Origin: Paraspadella gotoi
Lineage: Eukaryota; Animalia; Chaetognatha
Direction of reading: 5' to 3'
Length of the DNA stretch: 64,000 nucleotides
Assembly (NCBI GenBank): GCA_051294375.1
Contig: CM119266.1
Location: forward strand, 2,131,200 to 2,195,199
Positions 26,522 through 40,159 of the stretch are shown here, one piece after another. The notes beneath the pieces were generated by a model. The model was given only the letters and a program-made list of their open reading frames with translations. It ran no database searches and was not told the DNA's origin. Position numbers and translations under genes: made by a program. The stretch's first letter is position 1, and every line of letters begins with the position of its first letter.

Positions 26522-26798
26522 ACTCGCCGATCGATTCTTTATTACGGAGTTGTAAAGCAGAAATAATAACTCTTGCTGGAATCCCTCTTTGCTTATCAGG
26601 TCACTGGTAGGTAGGTTTACTTAAAGAATTTGATCTTCGTTTCCAGATAAATAGCTGCTGTGGACATGCATCTTCGACCAGTGGAAAGCATTCAGTATGT
26701 AGAAACTGCCCTTATATAACCCAATAAAACGAAGGGTTTTTGAGCGGCGTACTACTAATACGTAATGCATAATACGTAATACGTAATAATAATACACA

Positions 26799-26831
<33 letters not shown>

Positions 26832-27313
26832 TCTCTCTTCTCTCTCTCTCTTCTCTCTCTCTCTCTTCTCTATCTTTAGTAATTCTGCCACTGATGACGA
26901 CTTAACCAACAAAGTCGAAATATCTGGAAAAAAAAATTTCTTTGGTCCTGTTACACCGTTTCTCCATCATGAAAATATATTCGTATAATTAATACAGTAC
27001 TTATTTTTATATCTTTCTCTGTCTTTTTCTCTCTCTCTTTCTCTTTGTATCTGTTACTTACTTAAAAAAAAATTGGCCTTGCTTTTGCTAATATAGACCC
27101 GTACTGCTTTTCTTTTTTTTACTTTCTTGTATTAATCAGCGACAATGGATTATGATTGGCTAATTAAAACCCTAATTATTTGTCGCTCCAAACTCTCTCT
27201 CAAAATTTATTTTCGAATCGGGGCTGAGAAAATATTGGATTAAATCCTGATTGAATAGCGTTTATTGGTCTAATAAGGTCGTTTGACTGAATGACAGAAA
27301 AAAAAAGTGAGAA

Positions 27314-27348
<35 letters not shown>

Positions 27349-27879
27349 AAGAGAGAGAGAGAAAGCTATATATATATTAGAGCGTAGTGAAAGTCACGTA
27401 TGAAAATTCTAATTGTCAATTTATAAAAAAAAATAATAATATATTTTTTAATTTTCGCATTAGGCTATATTTATAAATAGTACTATCCTTAAAAAATCCT
27501 AAAATTTCAAATGGACTTTTCTTAATTTTGATGTCCGATTTGAATTCCTCGTCAAAATTTTATTAAAAATTAAAAAAACTATATTTAATATACAAACATT
27601 TAATTTTCAGATTAAAATATATGTTTTTCTAATTTTTTTCCCAACTTAATGTAAGAATTTTTAAAGAGTTATATTTCTTTTTATAAACCTTTTATGACGA
27701 ATCCAAATCTGCAAAAAAAAATCTGATAAAAAACCATTTTGAAATTTTAACATTAATATGGTTAGTACCATAAATAAATATAGCCTACTGCGTAAATTGC
27801 AAAAATTATAATAGATTTTTTTAGACATTGTAATTTTTCTCTCTTTTCGTTGCGAGTTTGAATTGAAGGAAATATTGTG

Positions 27880-29494
27880 CTTGTGCTTATGCTTATTAAG
27901 CACAAAGAAGGCGGCTCATTGGAATTTTCTGTGTATCGCAAAGCAACTCATACTGAACAATACATTCCCTTTGATTCGCATGCTCCCTTGTCGCACAAAC
28001 TCGCCACGATCAGATTCCTTACCAGAAGAGCCCTACTGATTCCGTCGACCCCCGAGCTCCAGGCCGCCGAGCTTGAGCATGTCAAAAGAGCCCTGGCGCT
28101 CAATGGTTACCCTCTGTAAGCTTTCGAGAAAGCCAGGTTCCGGCAGAACCTGGCTGAGGACAGTGGCCACCAAGGGGCTGCCCAAGTAGCTGCTGACGCA
28201 AGTTCAACCTCCACAAGAAGAACGAGGCCTTGCACCCACCACAGCGCAACTGGGAGATAAGCAGAAGCGTCTCAAGACCGTAGGTCACCTGTCCCTGCCC
28301 TACCACCAGGGGATCACTGAAGCTCTGGTGCGGGCGCTAGTAAAGCAGGGGATCTCCAATTCAGTGACGACCCGCGGTTCTCTACTTGAGCAACTGGTGA
28401 AACCGAAAGACAAAATCCCAAGACCGAAAACATCAGGAGCCGTCTATTGAGCGGCCTGTGCAGGGAAGGGCAACCAACCCTGTGCAGCAGCATACGTAGG
28501 CAAGACCGGGAAGTCTCTCTCAGATCGGTTCAAACAGTACATAAAGCCGTATCGTGACAAACGTGGTCACTTCCTATCAGCTATTGCCAAGCATTTGGCA
28601 TATTCTGGCCATCTGTTTAGAGAGTCCGACTGCCTTGCGCTGTCCCATGACCAAAATTGGTTTTCAAGAGATATTAGAGAGGCAATCTATATCAAAGCCC
28701 TCGAGCCCTCTCTGAACCGTGATGGAGGACGATTCGACCTCCCTCCAAGTAATGATTCGCTAATCAAAATGGTGGTGGAACACCCAGTGCCACCCCAAAC
28801 GAACAGTGATTCCCCTGTCCAAACTCAACGGGTCAGGCGGAGGCCTCCCGGCAGGCAATGGACGTCCGATGCCTCTCCCGAGACTGTAGCAACCTGGCGC
28901 GACTCTTCTCGCGCTGAGCGCTGCCCAAAATGACGGATACAGGAAGAGGGAGAGGAGTCTGTATCTCCTGCACCAAAACAGGCCAGATCAGGCAACCACC
29001 CACCTCACCGTCAGGTGAGAGGAGGGCCTTCGGCAGGCTTAGCAGGCCAGAGAGATTTTCGAGATGCACTTGGTATTTTCCCAGGCGAGTCTTTACCTGA
29101 CCCTAAGATTTCCCACTCTACAACATTATCTTCACAATCTATGTCAAGCCAATGTCCCGATCACATCGTCAGCGTCAGCGTCCCGGGGGGGGCGGCAGCT
29201 CATTTTGAGCTCTTTCTTCTCTTTAATTTCACTAAACTCTTGCCTTATCTATCCCTCACCACTCATCACTCTATTTCATTTTTCACTTATTACTCATTAA
29301 CTTATTTAACTTTGTTACCTCAAAATTTCAGTTTAATTCTAAGTTTTTCTAAATTTTATCTTTGTTGTACATTTCATTTCACATTTCACCATTTCAAACT
29401 AACTTCTACTTCTTCCTTGTCCTTACCTTCACCTGTCCTCTCATCTGACCACTATCCTTTACTCAGCTCTTTGTTGGTAACTCTCCCTCAATTT

Positions 29495-29585
<91 letters not shown>

Positions 29586-29685
29586 ACTCGATGTATAGAG
29601 AAATCTTTGTTCAAGATACCAAATGCTGATGAAGGCTCGAATTAAAGAGCCGAAACATGTACTGTTTTAATAAAAATAAAAATCG
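27880..29685 (+). mobile_element. 5'-truncated, decayed Penelope-like element (RT thumb + GIY-YIG endonuclease + 3' region)
   Basis: SVYRKATHTEQYIPFDSHAPLSHK..LALNGYP (PLE RT C-terminus); LPYHQGITEAL; SGAVY*..AYVGKTGKSLSDRFKQY (GIY-YIG); SAIAKH; REAIYIKALEPSLNRDGG. Contains stops and frameshifts. Confidence 0.9.
29621..29667 (+). ncRNA. Minimal type-I hammerhead ribozyme motif associated with the Penelope element
   Basis: CTGATGA (29626-29632), stem II GGCTC/GAGCC, GAAA (29652-29655), palindromic stem III ACATGT, then a GTA triplet. Stem I is imperfect. Confidence 0.7.
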
Positions 29686-29979
29686 TTGTCTCTGCAATTA
29701 AAAATATTTCCTTAAATAAATTTTTTTATACATTAATTTCATTAGTACAACTTTGTTCATTCCTCACTTTTAGAATTTTAATTTAAGTTAAATTTAAACT
29801 TTTTACTACGCGTTAATATATATAATACGATTGTTTGTCAGAATGAGACAGTTTTGTTATAAGGTCTTTAGACTAAATGAGAGAGTGAGAAAGTGAGTAA
29901 GAGAGAGATAGATATATATATATATGATAATATTTGTTTAGTAAATAAAAGACAGTTTTGTAATAAGGTCTTTAGACTG

Positions 29980-30027
<48 letters not shown>

Positions 30028-30907
30028 GGAAGTTAATTCCTGAAATTTTTGACTTTATCTTTATTTTCAGTATTTTTTAATTAAATCAAATAAGGGTGGC
30101 CACGGAAAATATTGAATAATGTGAATATTTATTTAAAAGACAGTCATTTTCAGTCAACTCCGACAAGACTTCACCGGGAAAAATGAAAGTGAAATTTTAT
30201 TTATTATAATTATTTATACGAATAATATTATTTATAAATGGTTTCGTTTGTATTCTTCTCTATGATTTTTTTTTAATGAAACCGATTTTTTACGTTATCG
30301 TTAGGTGTAATTTTTAAGGCGATTTCAATGATCGCTAACCAGGATCAATACATTATAATGAATTTATAAAACTATAAAAAATGTTATAATAACTGATAGT
30401 TATTTTGTTTCGACTGAAGTCAGATAATCAATAAATCATTTAATTGATAGTAATAAAGTAATAATCGATTAATTGAGCACTTTATTGACAATTTAATAAT
30501 TAATCAATTATTCAATAAATCAACTTATTAATCATTACATTAACCTTGTCATCGTTTCAATTTTTATGGAAACAAATAATCTTAATTATCTAAATTATTA
30601 TTATTAGCCCCAAAAGTTAGAAATATACAGACATCGTATAAAAATATAGTAAGTCGCCTCAAATTTTATTAAATATTGAATGAATTATACAATTTATAAA
30701 AGTTTATTATATGTAATTGGGAATTTAAACAAGCAAGCTACTTAATTTTTTTATCTTATGCATAAATCTCTATAAATGTTTTAATTCCTATTTTTGCTAG
30801 GAAAAAGATGTATTCAAGCACTAGTTTAAATGCTATTGTCTTATTTTTATTAGTATAAATGCTATATAAACTATATATTTATAAAATATACATGCTAAAA
30901 AACATAA

Positions 30908-31118
30908 TATTATGGTGGACTAAAATCTACCAACCGTTCATCAGCGGCCATTGGTGCCGGAGGCAAGTCATTCGCCTCCCAACCCAAAGGTCCAGGGTTC
31001 TAGCCCGGTGGCCGCCTAGCAGTTAAGAGGGACGGGGCGCTTAACCCGCCTGTAATATAGTGTTACAGCCTGATCCGAAGCTCAGGGACTGCTTATATTG
31101 AACGGTTCTGTCATTAAC
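30908..31118 (+). mobile_element. ~210-bp interspersed element: terminal hairpin, subTIR, tRNA-like head, twister-like ribozyme, subTIR (copy 1)
   Basis: Diverged second copy in reverse orientation at 56941-57152. tRNA-like region 30944-31015 (GCGGCCA/TGGCCGC stem, TGGTGCCGGAGG A-box-like, GGTTCTAGCC B-box-like). Inverted 9-mer AACCGTTCA/TGAACGGTT. Confidence 0.85.
31019..31092 (+). ncRNA. Candidate type-P5 twister self-cleaving ribozyme
   Basis: P5 GCAGTT/GACTGC; G31031-A31032; T1 CGG (31033-35)/CCG (31075-77); U31042^A31043-A31044; T2 GC (31048-49)/GC (31080-81); P3 CTGTAA/TTACAG; P4 CCTGA/TCAGG; L4 T-CCG-AA-GC. P2 is short (CCC against GAGG). Confidence 0.65.
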
Positions 31119-33027
31119 ATATATCAATAATCATTCTCTTCAATATTTAATTATTTCTTACATTACAATAATAAAACTCTTTAAAATTACGCGAATAAAG
31201 AGCGTCAACGTTATCTGACAAATTTGATCTTAAGCTAATTTGTATAATTTAGCAGCCAGATGAAAATCGACCGGGATCTCTGATCTTGAGAATTTCAAAT
31301 CGAATATAACGTGCTCACTATCGCGTTTTCAATTTAAATTTTTTATCTGAAAGCTGAGATTAAACTGGTTCTAGAAATGTTACCGGTTTTACTCCGAATT
31401 TGTCCAATCTCAAATTATTAGGATCTAAAAACATTTTAAAGAATCTGTCTTTATAAGTAGAACTACATTTTTGTATCTTTATTTTTAAGAAATAATCCGT
31501 TTTAAAGTACTAATTTATTAATATTTTTTTTAAAAAAATTATCTAATTTTTATTTATAATTCAATAACAAAAAATCGTAAAAACTTGGGAGAGGTCACAA
31601 ATTAAAGCTTATGTTTTGTAGATAATGTATAAACATTCAAATTGTAAGCACGCACACAAAAATAATAAATAAATATTATTTCAATTTGTTTTTAAGATTT
31701 AACAATTCATAGCTGCTGAACAAAATTAAAAAACTTACCTATTTATGCTTATAGAAAGCCCAAAGTTTACTCTAGAGTATTTAGTCTTTTTTATAAATTA
31801 TTTTACATTATTTTCAAAGTTATAAAGGGAAAAACAAAAAATGTCACTTAAAAATGCCGAGAATTCGGTTTTCTAAACATCAATAATTGGAAAATTATTT
31901 TTAGGATTTTTAAAAATAAAGTATGTAAAATGAAGTATTTTTCCGCTCTTTGAGTTGACGCAGGTTAAATTTGATTCCGACCGATATTTTTTAAGATATC
32001 TATCATTTTTAATGAAAAAAACCGTTTTTTGCAAATTTTGAAGAGTTTCAAGCACTTATTAATCGATTTTTCAAAAAACAAAGATGGAAAAAAATTAGTA
32101 ACATATAGGGGACTAATTTGTACTATAGTGCTAAATTCTGTAAAAAAGTTTGAAAAATTTGCTAAGGCCTAATACATATGTATGATCACTTGTGGAAACG
32201 TTTTTAAAAATCTAAATCTACCTTTATACACTAGTAAATATCATGTCATATCTTTTCCTAATTCGGGACTTATCTTTCTAAAAACCGGCATTTATCAGAA
32301 AACGACAATTTCAATCGAGCCCAAATTTACGATTCCCGTTTGTTTTTTTTCGTCGTCTTCGCATTTTCATGTAAAAAATCATGAAGAGAATATCGGAAGA
32401 GTATAAATACATAAAAAAACACTTATTTGCGCCCGCTACTTTTTTTTTATGCAACTAACTCATCACGATGGGCAGATAAGTATAATTTGGAATTTGTTTA
32501 TTACCTGAATGAATGACTATATTAGATTAGATTCCTAATCCTTGTATTCAATTTTAATCTTAATATCTAACCTCATCTTTAATCCTTAACTTTAATCCTT
32601 AATCCCTAACTTTAAACCTAATCCTTAAATTTATTTTTTAACCTTAAACCCAAATAAACCAACCCTAATCTCAAGACAAAACAATAACTTTAATCTAATT
32701 TCTAATCATATTTACTCTATTTATTCCTATTCACATTTTCTATTTTAGCCTAACCCACTAATTATGAAGATTAAAAGCGAATTTAATTCGGAAATTGAAA
32801 TTAGGCGCTTTTGAAAAAAAAGGGCTTTATAAAGGTTATAATGCCCAGTTTGTAGTGTGTTTTTTTTTTGTACATTCTAAAAATAATTGTTAAAATTTTA
32901 ATCGAATATATAAATATAAAATCGTATTTTATTTTAAAATTAGATTAAATTAAATTTGTTAAAGCTTAAAATCTTGGGTCTTTTTATCATCGCCCGTGTT
33001 TGTAAAATTTTCAATCTTTCCTTACAG

Positions 33028-35483
33028 CCGTTGGCGTTTGCCTCGGCGCTATTGCGGGCCTCTCTTGGTCATACATGAACGTCCTGGTGCATTTGAACGA
33101 GGTAAGTCAATATTATTGGAAACTCACCTTTTTCCCTCTTTCAAAAGGTTAAGGTTAGGGTTAGGGTCATAGAGTCCTCGGCGGATTTTATCCGAGTCGC
33201 TTATCCGATTCCATTCTTGGTTTCGATTCCATCTGTGATGAGGGTAAGGGACAATGGTTTAGAGTTAGGGGTTAGGGTTAAAGATTAAGGTTTAATATTA
33301 GGCCAAGGCTCTTGTCCTGACATCAACCTTTTAGGTTTTCATCATTCCAGAAATGGTATATTTCGATTTTCTTTTTCCGCCTATAAAAAGAACCGTGTAT
33401 GATAAAGTTCGGGTTTAGGATAAGGTGAGGTCACTGATTAAGATTAGACTTAGGGATCTGGAAATTGGTTTGGTAACAGATTTGGGTTAAAGTTCAGCTC
33501 CGTGATTAAGGATCAGAAATGGGGGCCCTTTTGGAAAAGAGAGCCCAAATTTTATAATACTTCACCAACTCGCCCACTCTTACTTGAAAGATCTTCGACG
33601 CTGCCTGGATGACCGTTTTCATCTGGGTCGTCGCCACGCTCTTCAACATCCTTCTCTTCTTCATCCACAACCGACTCGGGGGTGATCCACTCTCCTCCAT
33701 CACTCCCTCGGAATGGTTGGCCGCGTGGACGTCGCCCACGGCGATGTTGACGGGCAACACACTCATCTTCATCGCAATGAAGGATTGCCCCATGGGTAGG
33801 GGAGAATTTATTTGTTTTGTCTTTTGTTTAATTGTTTCTTTTTATTATAATTAGTAAAGGTTCGTTCTCCACCATATAGAAAATGTCTTGTCCAATGATA
33901 AAAGATAATTGTATTACTTAATAAATCTTAACATTTAATCTTCAACGGTAACATTTTTAATCACATTACTATTTAGGCGATGCAGTTGCCCTTTATAGTC
34001 TCAATATGATATGGACTCCAATAATTTCGAGCATCATAAGTCGGAAAATCCCGTCTAAATCTCAGGTTTGTACAGTGCACACTGCACAATTATCTTGAAG
34101 GAGGGATAGAGGACTCGGCTAAACATTGCCTACTGTCTTTTGTCGTCAGACAGGATGCAAGATAACTGATTTATTTAAATAATGAATACTTTTTTTTTTT
34201 GCTGTTCGAACTGATTTTATATCCATGTTTACTTCCTATCATAGATTCAAAGTAAAAAATACAAAAATAGGAAGCAAATTTTACTTATTGTTTTATTTAT
34301 TTTTACAAAAATTAACTAATAATTAACTAATGCTTAGGTTTTGTCCGTTTTTGTGGCTATAATTGGTGTCTTGCTTCTCACTCGACCAACCTTCATTTTC
34401 GGGACTTCATATACAATCATAATTGAGCGCTACCCTCATCACAAGCGCGGCTACCTCTTCTCATTGCTTGCTTCGGCTTGCTTTTCTCTCTCCGAATTGT
34501 TAATTGGATTTTTTGATAAAGTTCATTGGACCGTTTGGCAGATAGCATCGACGCCGGCCGGTAATATCTTATATTTTAGTTAATTATTAGTTATTAGATA
34601 TCAGTTATTTGTCATCAACAAAAAAAATTCTCATAGCTCTTTCAAATTAATGCTTGAAAGGAATATGTTTTCTTTAATTTAAAAAAACTCATATTTGAGT
34701 GTTAAAAATTTTCCTCCTTATTAATAGTAATTAACTTTTCCTCCAGGTTTAACATCGCTCCCTATACTTTTATACTTGTGCAACGGCTTCGCTATACTGT
34801 CTCCTGTCTCAATGACGACTTCAAATCTAATATTGAATTGTGCTGGTGCCTTTTTAGTCGGTTTCATAGATCTTTTGGGCACGCTCTGCAACATTTTTTC
34901 AATACAAGTGAGCCAACTAGTTGGCGTTGCGTATTTGCAAATGACAATGCAACGTTTCTGTTTTTTAATCAATGTAGGAAGATACCGCGACTACGACTTC
35001 CATCGCAATCGCAATGGATATTCCCGGTTCATATCTCCTTGGAATCATTTACTTACAAGAAATTCCCTCAGCTTTGTCTGCCGGTACAATTGAAATCATT
35101 TTTAATTTAAATTCTGTAGCTCGAGCTTGTAACGCTGAATCAAGAACCAACACCTATCATTCAACTGTTAGTTAAAACAGTTGGTTGGGCCAATTTTTTA
35201 CTAATTTCTTACCTGATATGTTTGATGATATGTAACATGATATGTTTTACGTGATATGTTTCATTCTTATCATTCCTTTACTTTTGACCTTTTCTTCCTT
35301 CACAGGAGGAACTTTGCTCATTTGCTCAGCGATAATTATTTTATCGGAAATCCCTGAGGCAATTTGGACTTATTTGACAAAGGTCAGAGTGACTGGTTAT
35401 TCAGATTATCGATTTTATTTTTGTAGGCTGGCTACAAATTTATAAATTTCTAATATATTTTTTTTTTTCAGGATTCGAAATAA
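33028..35483 (+). CDS. EamA/DMT-superfamily (SLC35G-like) transporter, multi-exon; first exon not located
   Basis: Phase-consistent GT-AG exons 33028-33101, 33335-33355, 33591-33795, 33977-34065, 34338-34560, 34747-34907, 34978-35083, 35306-35382, 35472-35483. Motifs CPMGDAVALYSLNMIWTPIIS, IIGVLLLTRPTFIFG and LQEIPSALSAGGTLLI. The last exon is uncertain. Confidence 0.8.
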
Positions 35484-35868
35484 GTCCCAATTAGCAGCTA
35501 TCTACACTCGCTATTTAAAAAGTTCGCTTTGCTGCAGATCAATATCTCTGTGAAAAAAAACATTGAAACTGTGTAAATAAATAGAATTATAACTATATTG
35601 TATTTTTACAGAAATGTTTTTGACATTTATTAATTGTATGACTTCATCTGAATTAAAATTTCATTAATGTTTTTTATAGTTATGGATTTTTTGACATAAT
35701 AGAATCTTCTTGTTGTACTTACTTAATTAAATTTTGACCATTCTGTCAAAAGAGAAATGAGTTAATTGTCTTTCAGAAAATGTTTTCTATGGGGGGTACT
35801 AATTGACATTTAGCAAAAAAAAGTTTCCTAACGGCTTAAACAAACCGGAATAGTTTAGAGATCGAAAA

Positions 35869-35903
<35 letters not shown>

Positions 35904-35985
35904 CTCTTTTCTAGTCTCACGTCCCGTCGTCCCTAATCCTCAGTTGTGACGAAAATCGAGAGAAACCGAAACGAAAAGAAGGGAA

Positions 35986-36042
<57 letters not shown>

Positions 36043-37531
36043 TGTGCAAACAGGCGGCGGTTTGAAGGCACAACATGCAAACACGAGACACAAAGGAACT
36101 GAAACGCCGACAAGGAATGTCACGGTCGGTGGTGTGAGGGAAGTCGAACTGTAGGAAGTGGGGGGAGTGACGAAGGTAAGAGGAGCTGTGATTGGAGTGA
36201 CGAAGTTAAGAGGAGCTGTGATTGGAGTGACGAAGGTCAAAAGGGTGAGTGATAATGTTGAAGTGAGGGAAGAGGTGTGAAAGCTATGTTATAAATGACA
36301 AAAATTTATAAGTGTGATAGGAGTGATTATCATAAATCTACAAGGGTAGCGTTATAGTTGAAAATGGGGACAAATTTTAAAAGGGTGATTAATTTTAATT
36401 TTAAAAAGAACGGAGAGAAAAAGCTGAAGGGATAACCAAAAAGAATTTTTTTTTCTATTTAAAATTAATTTGATTGTACTTTTTGTGTTATTAGCAAATG
36501 CGATAAACATAAAGCGACGTTTTTATACTGATCACGAATTGATCATTGATGTTTAAGTCAACTTTTAATGTCCTATCGGTAATTTTGACTATAAAACGAT
36601 ATAAAGTTGATAAAAATTTTGAAAACCTCATTAAAAGCTATTCAGTAAAAAAATAATTAACATCATAAAAATCGATAAAGTGTTAAAATGAGGTGGTCTT
36701 TTCCCTTATCTCCCAAATTTAACATCTGCCAACAGTAAATTCCTTTTTGTTACAACAAAATTTTCTTTATTTTCTATCTTTTTTTGAGTTAAAAGAGCAA
36801 ACAAAGTGTCGAACGTTTTTCAGTTATATTCTTCCTTTTTTAACTCGTCACTGATATTATTTAGTTTTAGATTTTTTAGATATCAACTCGGGATTCCAGG
36901 AAAATATGGACGAATGGTGATTGTTAAATTCATTTATGAATAGTAATGACAAAACTTCTCGCCTTATCTTCTTTTGNNNNNNNNNNNNNNNNNNNNNNNN
37001 NNNNNNNNNNNNNNNNNNNTGTGTCGCCACGCAGTCTGAAATTTCTTTGATCCGAGATATTTTTCAAGAGTGAGATAGAGAAGGAGACGTAAAATCAAAT
37101 TTTGGGGACTTGGGTAACAAAAAGAGAAAAAAATGAAGAATAAATGAAAGAAAAAGTAAATCAAAAAATGACATGTCACTTTTACAAAAGTTGTATAATT
37201 TTGTTGTCATATTTAAATGCGCTTTTGCCGCCGTCGCCATGACAACGTGAGAGAATGACGAAGGAAAAAAGAGACAAGTGACAATTAGATTTAAAAAAAA
37301 CAAAAAAAACAACACCACAGCAGTGGACGCCATCTCTATTATCTCTCTCTTTCTCTCTTTCTCTCGCCAACAACCGTTTTAGCGCCTCTGCCCATCGCCA
37401 CGCCCTTATTCTACTTCCGGTTTTCCGTGACGAGAAAAGGCGTTCCGATTCACATAAATTCACAGCGAAGAACGCCGAGGGCGACGATGGCGACGACGAC
37501 GATGGCGACGACGACGACGATGACAATGAGG

Positions 37532-37574
<43 letters not shown>

Positions 37575-37624
37575 AGATAAAAACGATGAGAACAATCGTG
37601 AAGAAGAAAAAAAGGAAGTAAATA

Positions 37625-37643
37625 AGATTGATTGATTGATTGA

Positions 37644-37718
<75 letters not shown>

Positions 37719-37805
37719 CCTTCATTCATTCATTCATTCAATCATTCATTCATTCATTCATTCATTCATTCATTCATTCATTCATTCATTCATTCATTCA
37801 TTTAT
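37625..37805. repeat. Compound (GATT)n-(CATT)n microsatellite
   Basis: Directly visible. Confidence 0.95.
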
Positions 37806-38709
37806 TATTTCAACACCTCTCAGATAATCAACAATAACTCCTAATAGATGAAAAGGAAAGACAATTAATATAATAAATATCCGATCAATGAATATTGAAA
37901 TAACACATATGAAATGCTTTATTTGTCAACTTTTATTCAAATGAATAAGAGTAGAGCCAAACTTCGTCAATGGGGTGGGTCAGAAAGTTTGATATTTGGG
38001 AAAACTTTCAATGGAGCAAAATTTTTAAAATGGCAAGAAGCATTGTAATTAATTTTTAATATTTATTTATAGATAGGAAATGTCAAAAATTTTTTTAAAA
38101 TTTTTTATTTTTAAAAGCAGATTCAAATAGCTTATAAAAAGTTATCTACACAAAAAGTATAATTCTTTTTTCAATATTTTGATGATAAGTGGGTTAAAAT
38201 TGAGAAAAACCCTTAAAAAATCATCATCATCATCAATCCGATGATTTTAGCAGTTTTTACTAATTTTTAGTAAAAAACATCAAAATTTTAAAAAGTGTAA
38301 TTATATTTTTGCTTAACTTTTTAAGCTCTATCAGAATCAATTAAAAAAACTTAAAATATCCAAAAAAATTTTTAACATTATATAGCAATATAATAATATT
38401 AATTAGCGAATTACTCATGGTTCGGAACATTTTTGCAAAAAATATTTTAACATAATAATAATACCAATAATGAATTAGTTTAATGCTGTTCCCATTAAAA
38501 TTTGAATTTGGTCGGCTACCGCTAATAAGAGTACGATGACAAATCTTTACGAAAGTTTCTTCCTCACATTAATTTTTTCCCTTCGTTCGTTCATTTATTA
38601 ATTAATTAATTAATTCATTTTAATATTTAATTGGCACCACTTTGTGACGATTGAATAAAGTGCGATGCTTTACAAAGACGCGATGACGAAAAAACAACTT
38701 AAACAAAAC

Positions 38710-38757
<48 letters not shown>

Positions 38758-38906
38758 ACGAACGAACGAACGAAGCAGTGATTTTTCGCCCCCTGTTTTT
38801 CCTTTCCTAACACGACGACCAATTATCTTTACTCAAACGAGGCGTTTAGCAGCTGACGAGCGGAGAGAGACTGGACACGGGCGTCCGGGGACTCGTTAAC
38901 GGGGAA

Positions 38907-38968
<62 letters not shown>

Positions 38969-39536
38969 CAATCTCGTTTTGAAAAGTAGAGCATAATTTA
39001 TAATTTTTTTAAAACAAGAGATTAGCTTCGTCGTCCGGAATCGTGAGAGGCGCCAGCAGAGGCGCAATTAACGATTCTATTTTTAGAAAATCGACGTCGA
39101 AAAACAAAAGAACACGAACGTCGAGTTTTGTTTTAACGTCAATTAGAATTTTTTCAGATATGATTAACGTAATTGTTTAAGGTGTTTCATATACTTTCAG
39201 TCTAAAATGTTTAATTCTATTACAAAACTGATTACATTTCACATCGTCTCGTGTTTAGTTATCATTTGATAAATTTACAATTTCACAATTTCGATGGATA
39301 ATCCTTATAATAGTTGAACCAATTTCGTAATTTTAAAAAATGACCGGCCGGCTTTTCGTGACCGATATAGTAAACGCGCTCATTACTTGCAACAAGACAA
39401 AAAAAAGTCTGACTTATTTATCAATTAGTTCTTTTTTAAGTGAATAAGTGTTTCTGTTTCTGTTTTTTCGACAGTTCAGTTGGTCATTTGATTGACTGGA
39501 CAACAATTTGCGAATTTTCTCGAAGTTGTGACGTTT

Positions 39537-39574
<38 letters not shown>

Positions 39575-40159
39575 AGAAAAATTTAGGTGATTTCCGGTTT
39601 TCTGATTCCGGATTCCGGAATTCGGGGCGTAATTTCTTTGGGTGGACGAGAGACCCGTATGTAAGAGAACGGTGATTAGGTCCGTATCTTTTGTATGTAA
39701 ATAAGACGGGAAGTTGGTTTTTTCAATTCGACCCAAAATTCAACCAAAATCGAATCACGTGAATGAAAAAAAATCTTCAAATCGTCGCCAATACAAATTT
39801 GTATAAAAAAAATCGGAAATATAAAAAAAAAGGAACAAAGAAAAAAAATGAAAAAAAGGAAAGAAATGAGCCGGCAACGATTAAAGGAGAAACTTTTAAA
39901 GAAGAAAGAAGATTTAGGGTAAAATAAGGAAAAAAGGAAAAGGCGGAGAAAAGAAATAAAAAAAGGGAAAGAATTAAGGAAAAGAAGAAGGAATTGGAAT
40001 TGATTCGAATCCATTTTCCTCACGTAGGCCGAAGATTTAAAAAAACGAACCGAATTGACGGATGAAATAAATTCGAAATTTATTCCGTATTGTGATCTAC
40101 AAATTGGCCAAATTACTATTGGCCAGTGAGTACGATAATAAAGTCGGAAATCAAGGTAT

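Noticed and set aside
30944-31015. Functional tRNA-Gly gene
   Set aside because: D and anticodon arms pair poorly, the T-loop is non-canonical, and it is embedded in a repeated element.
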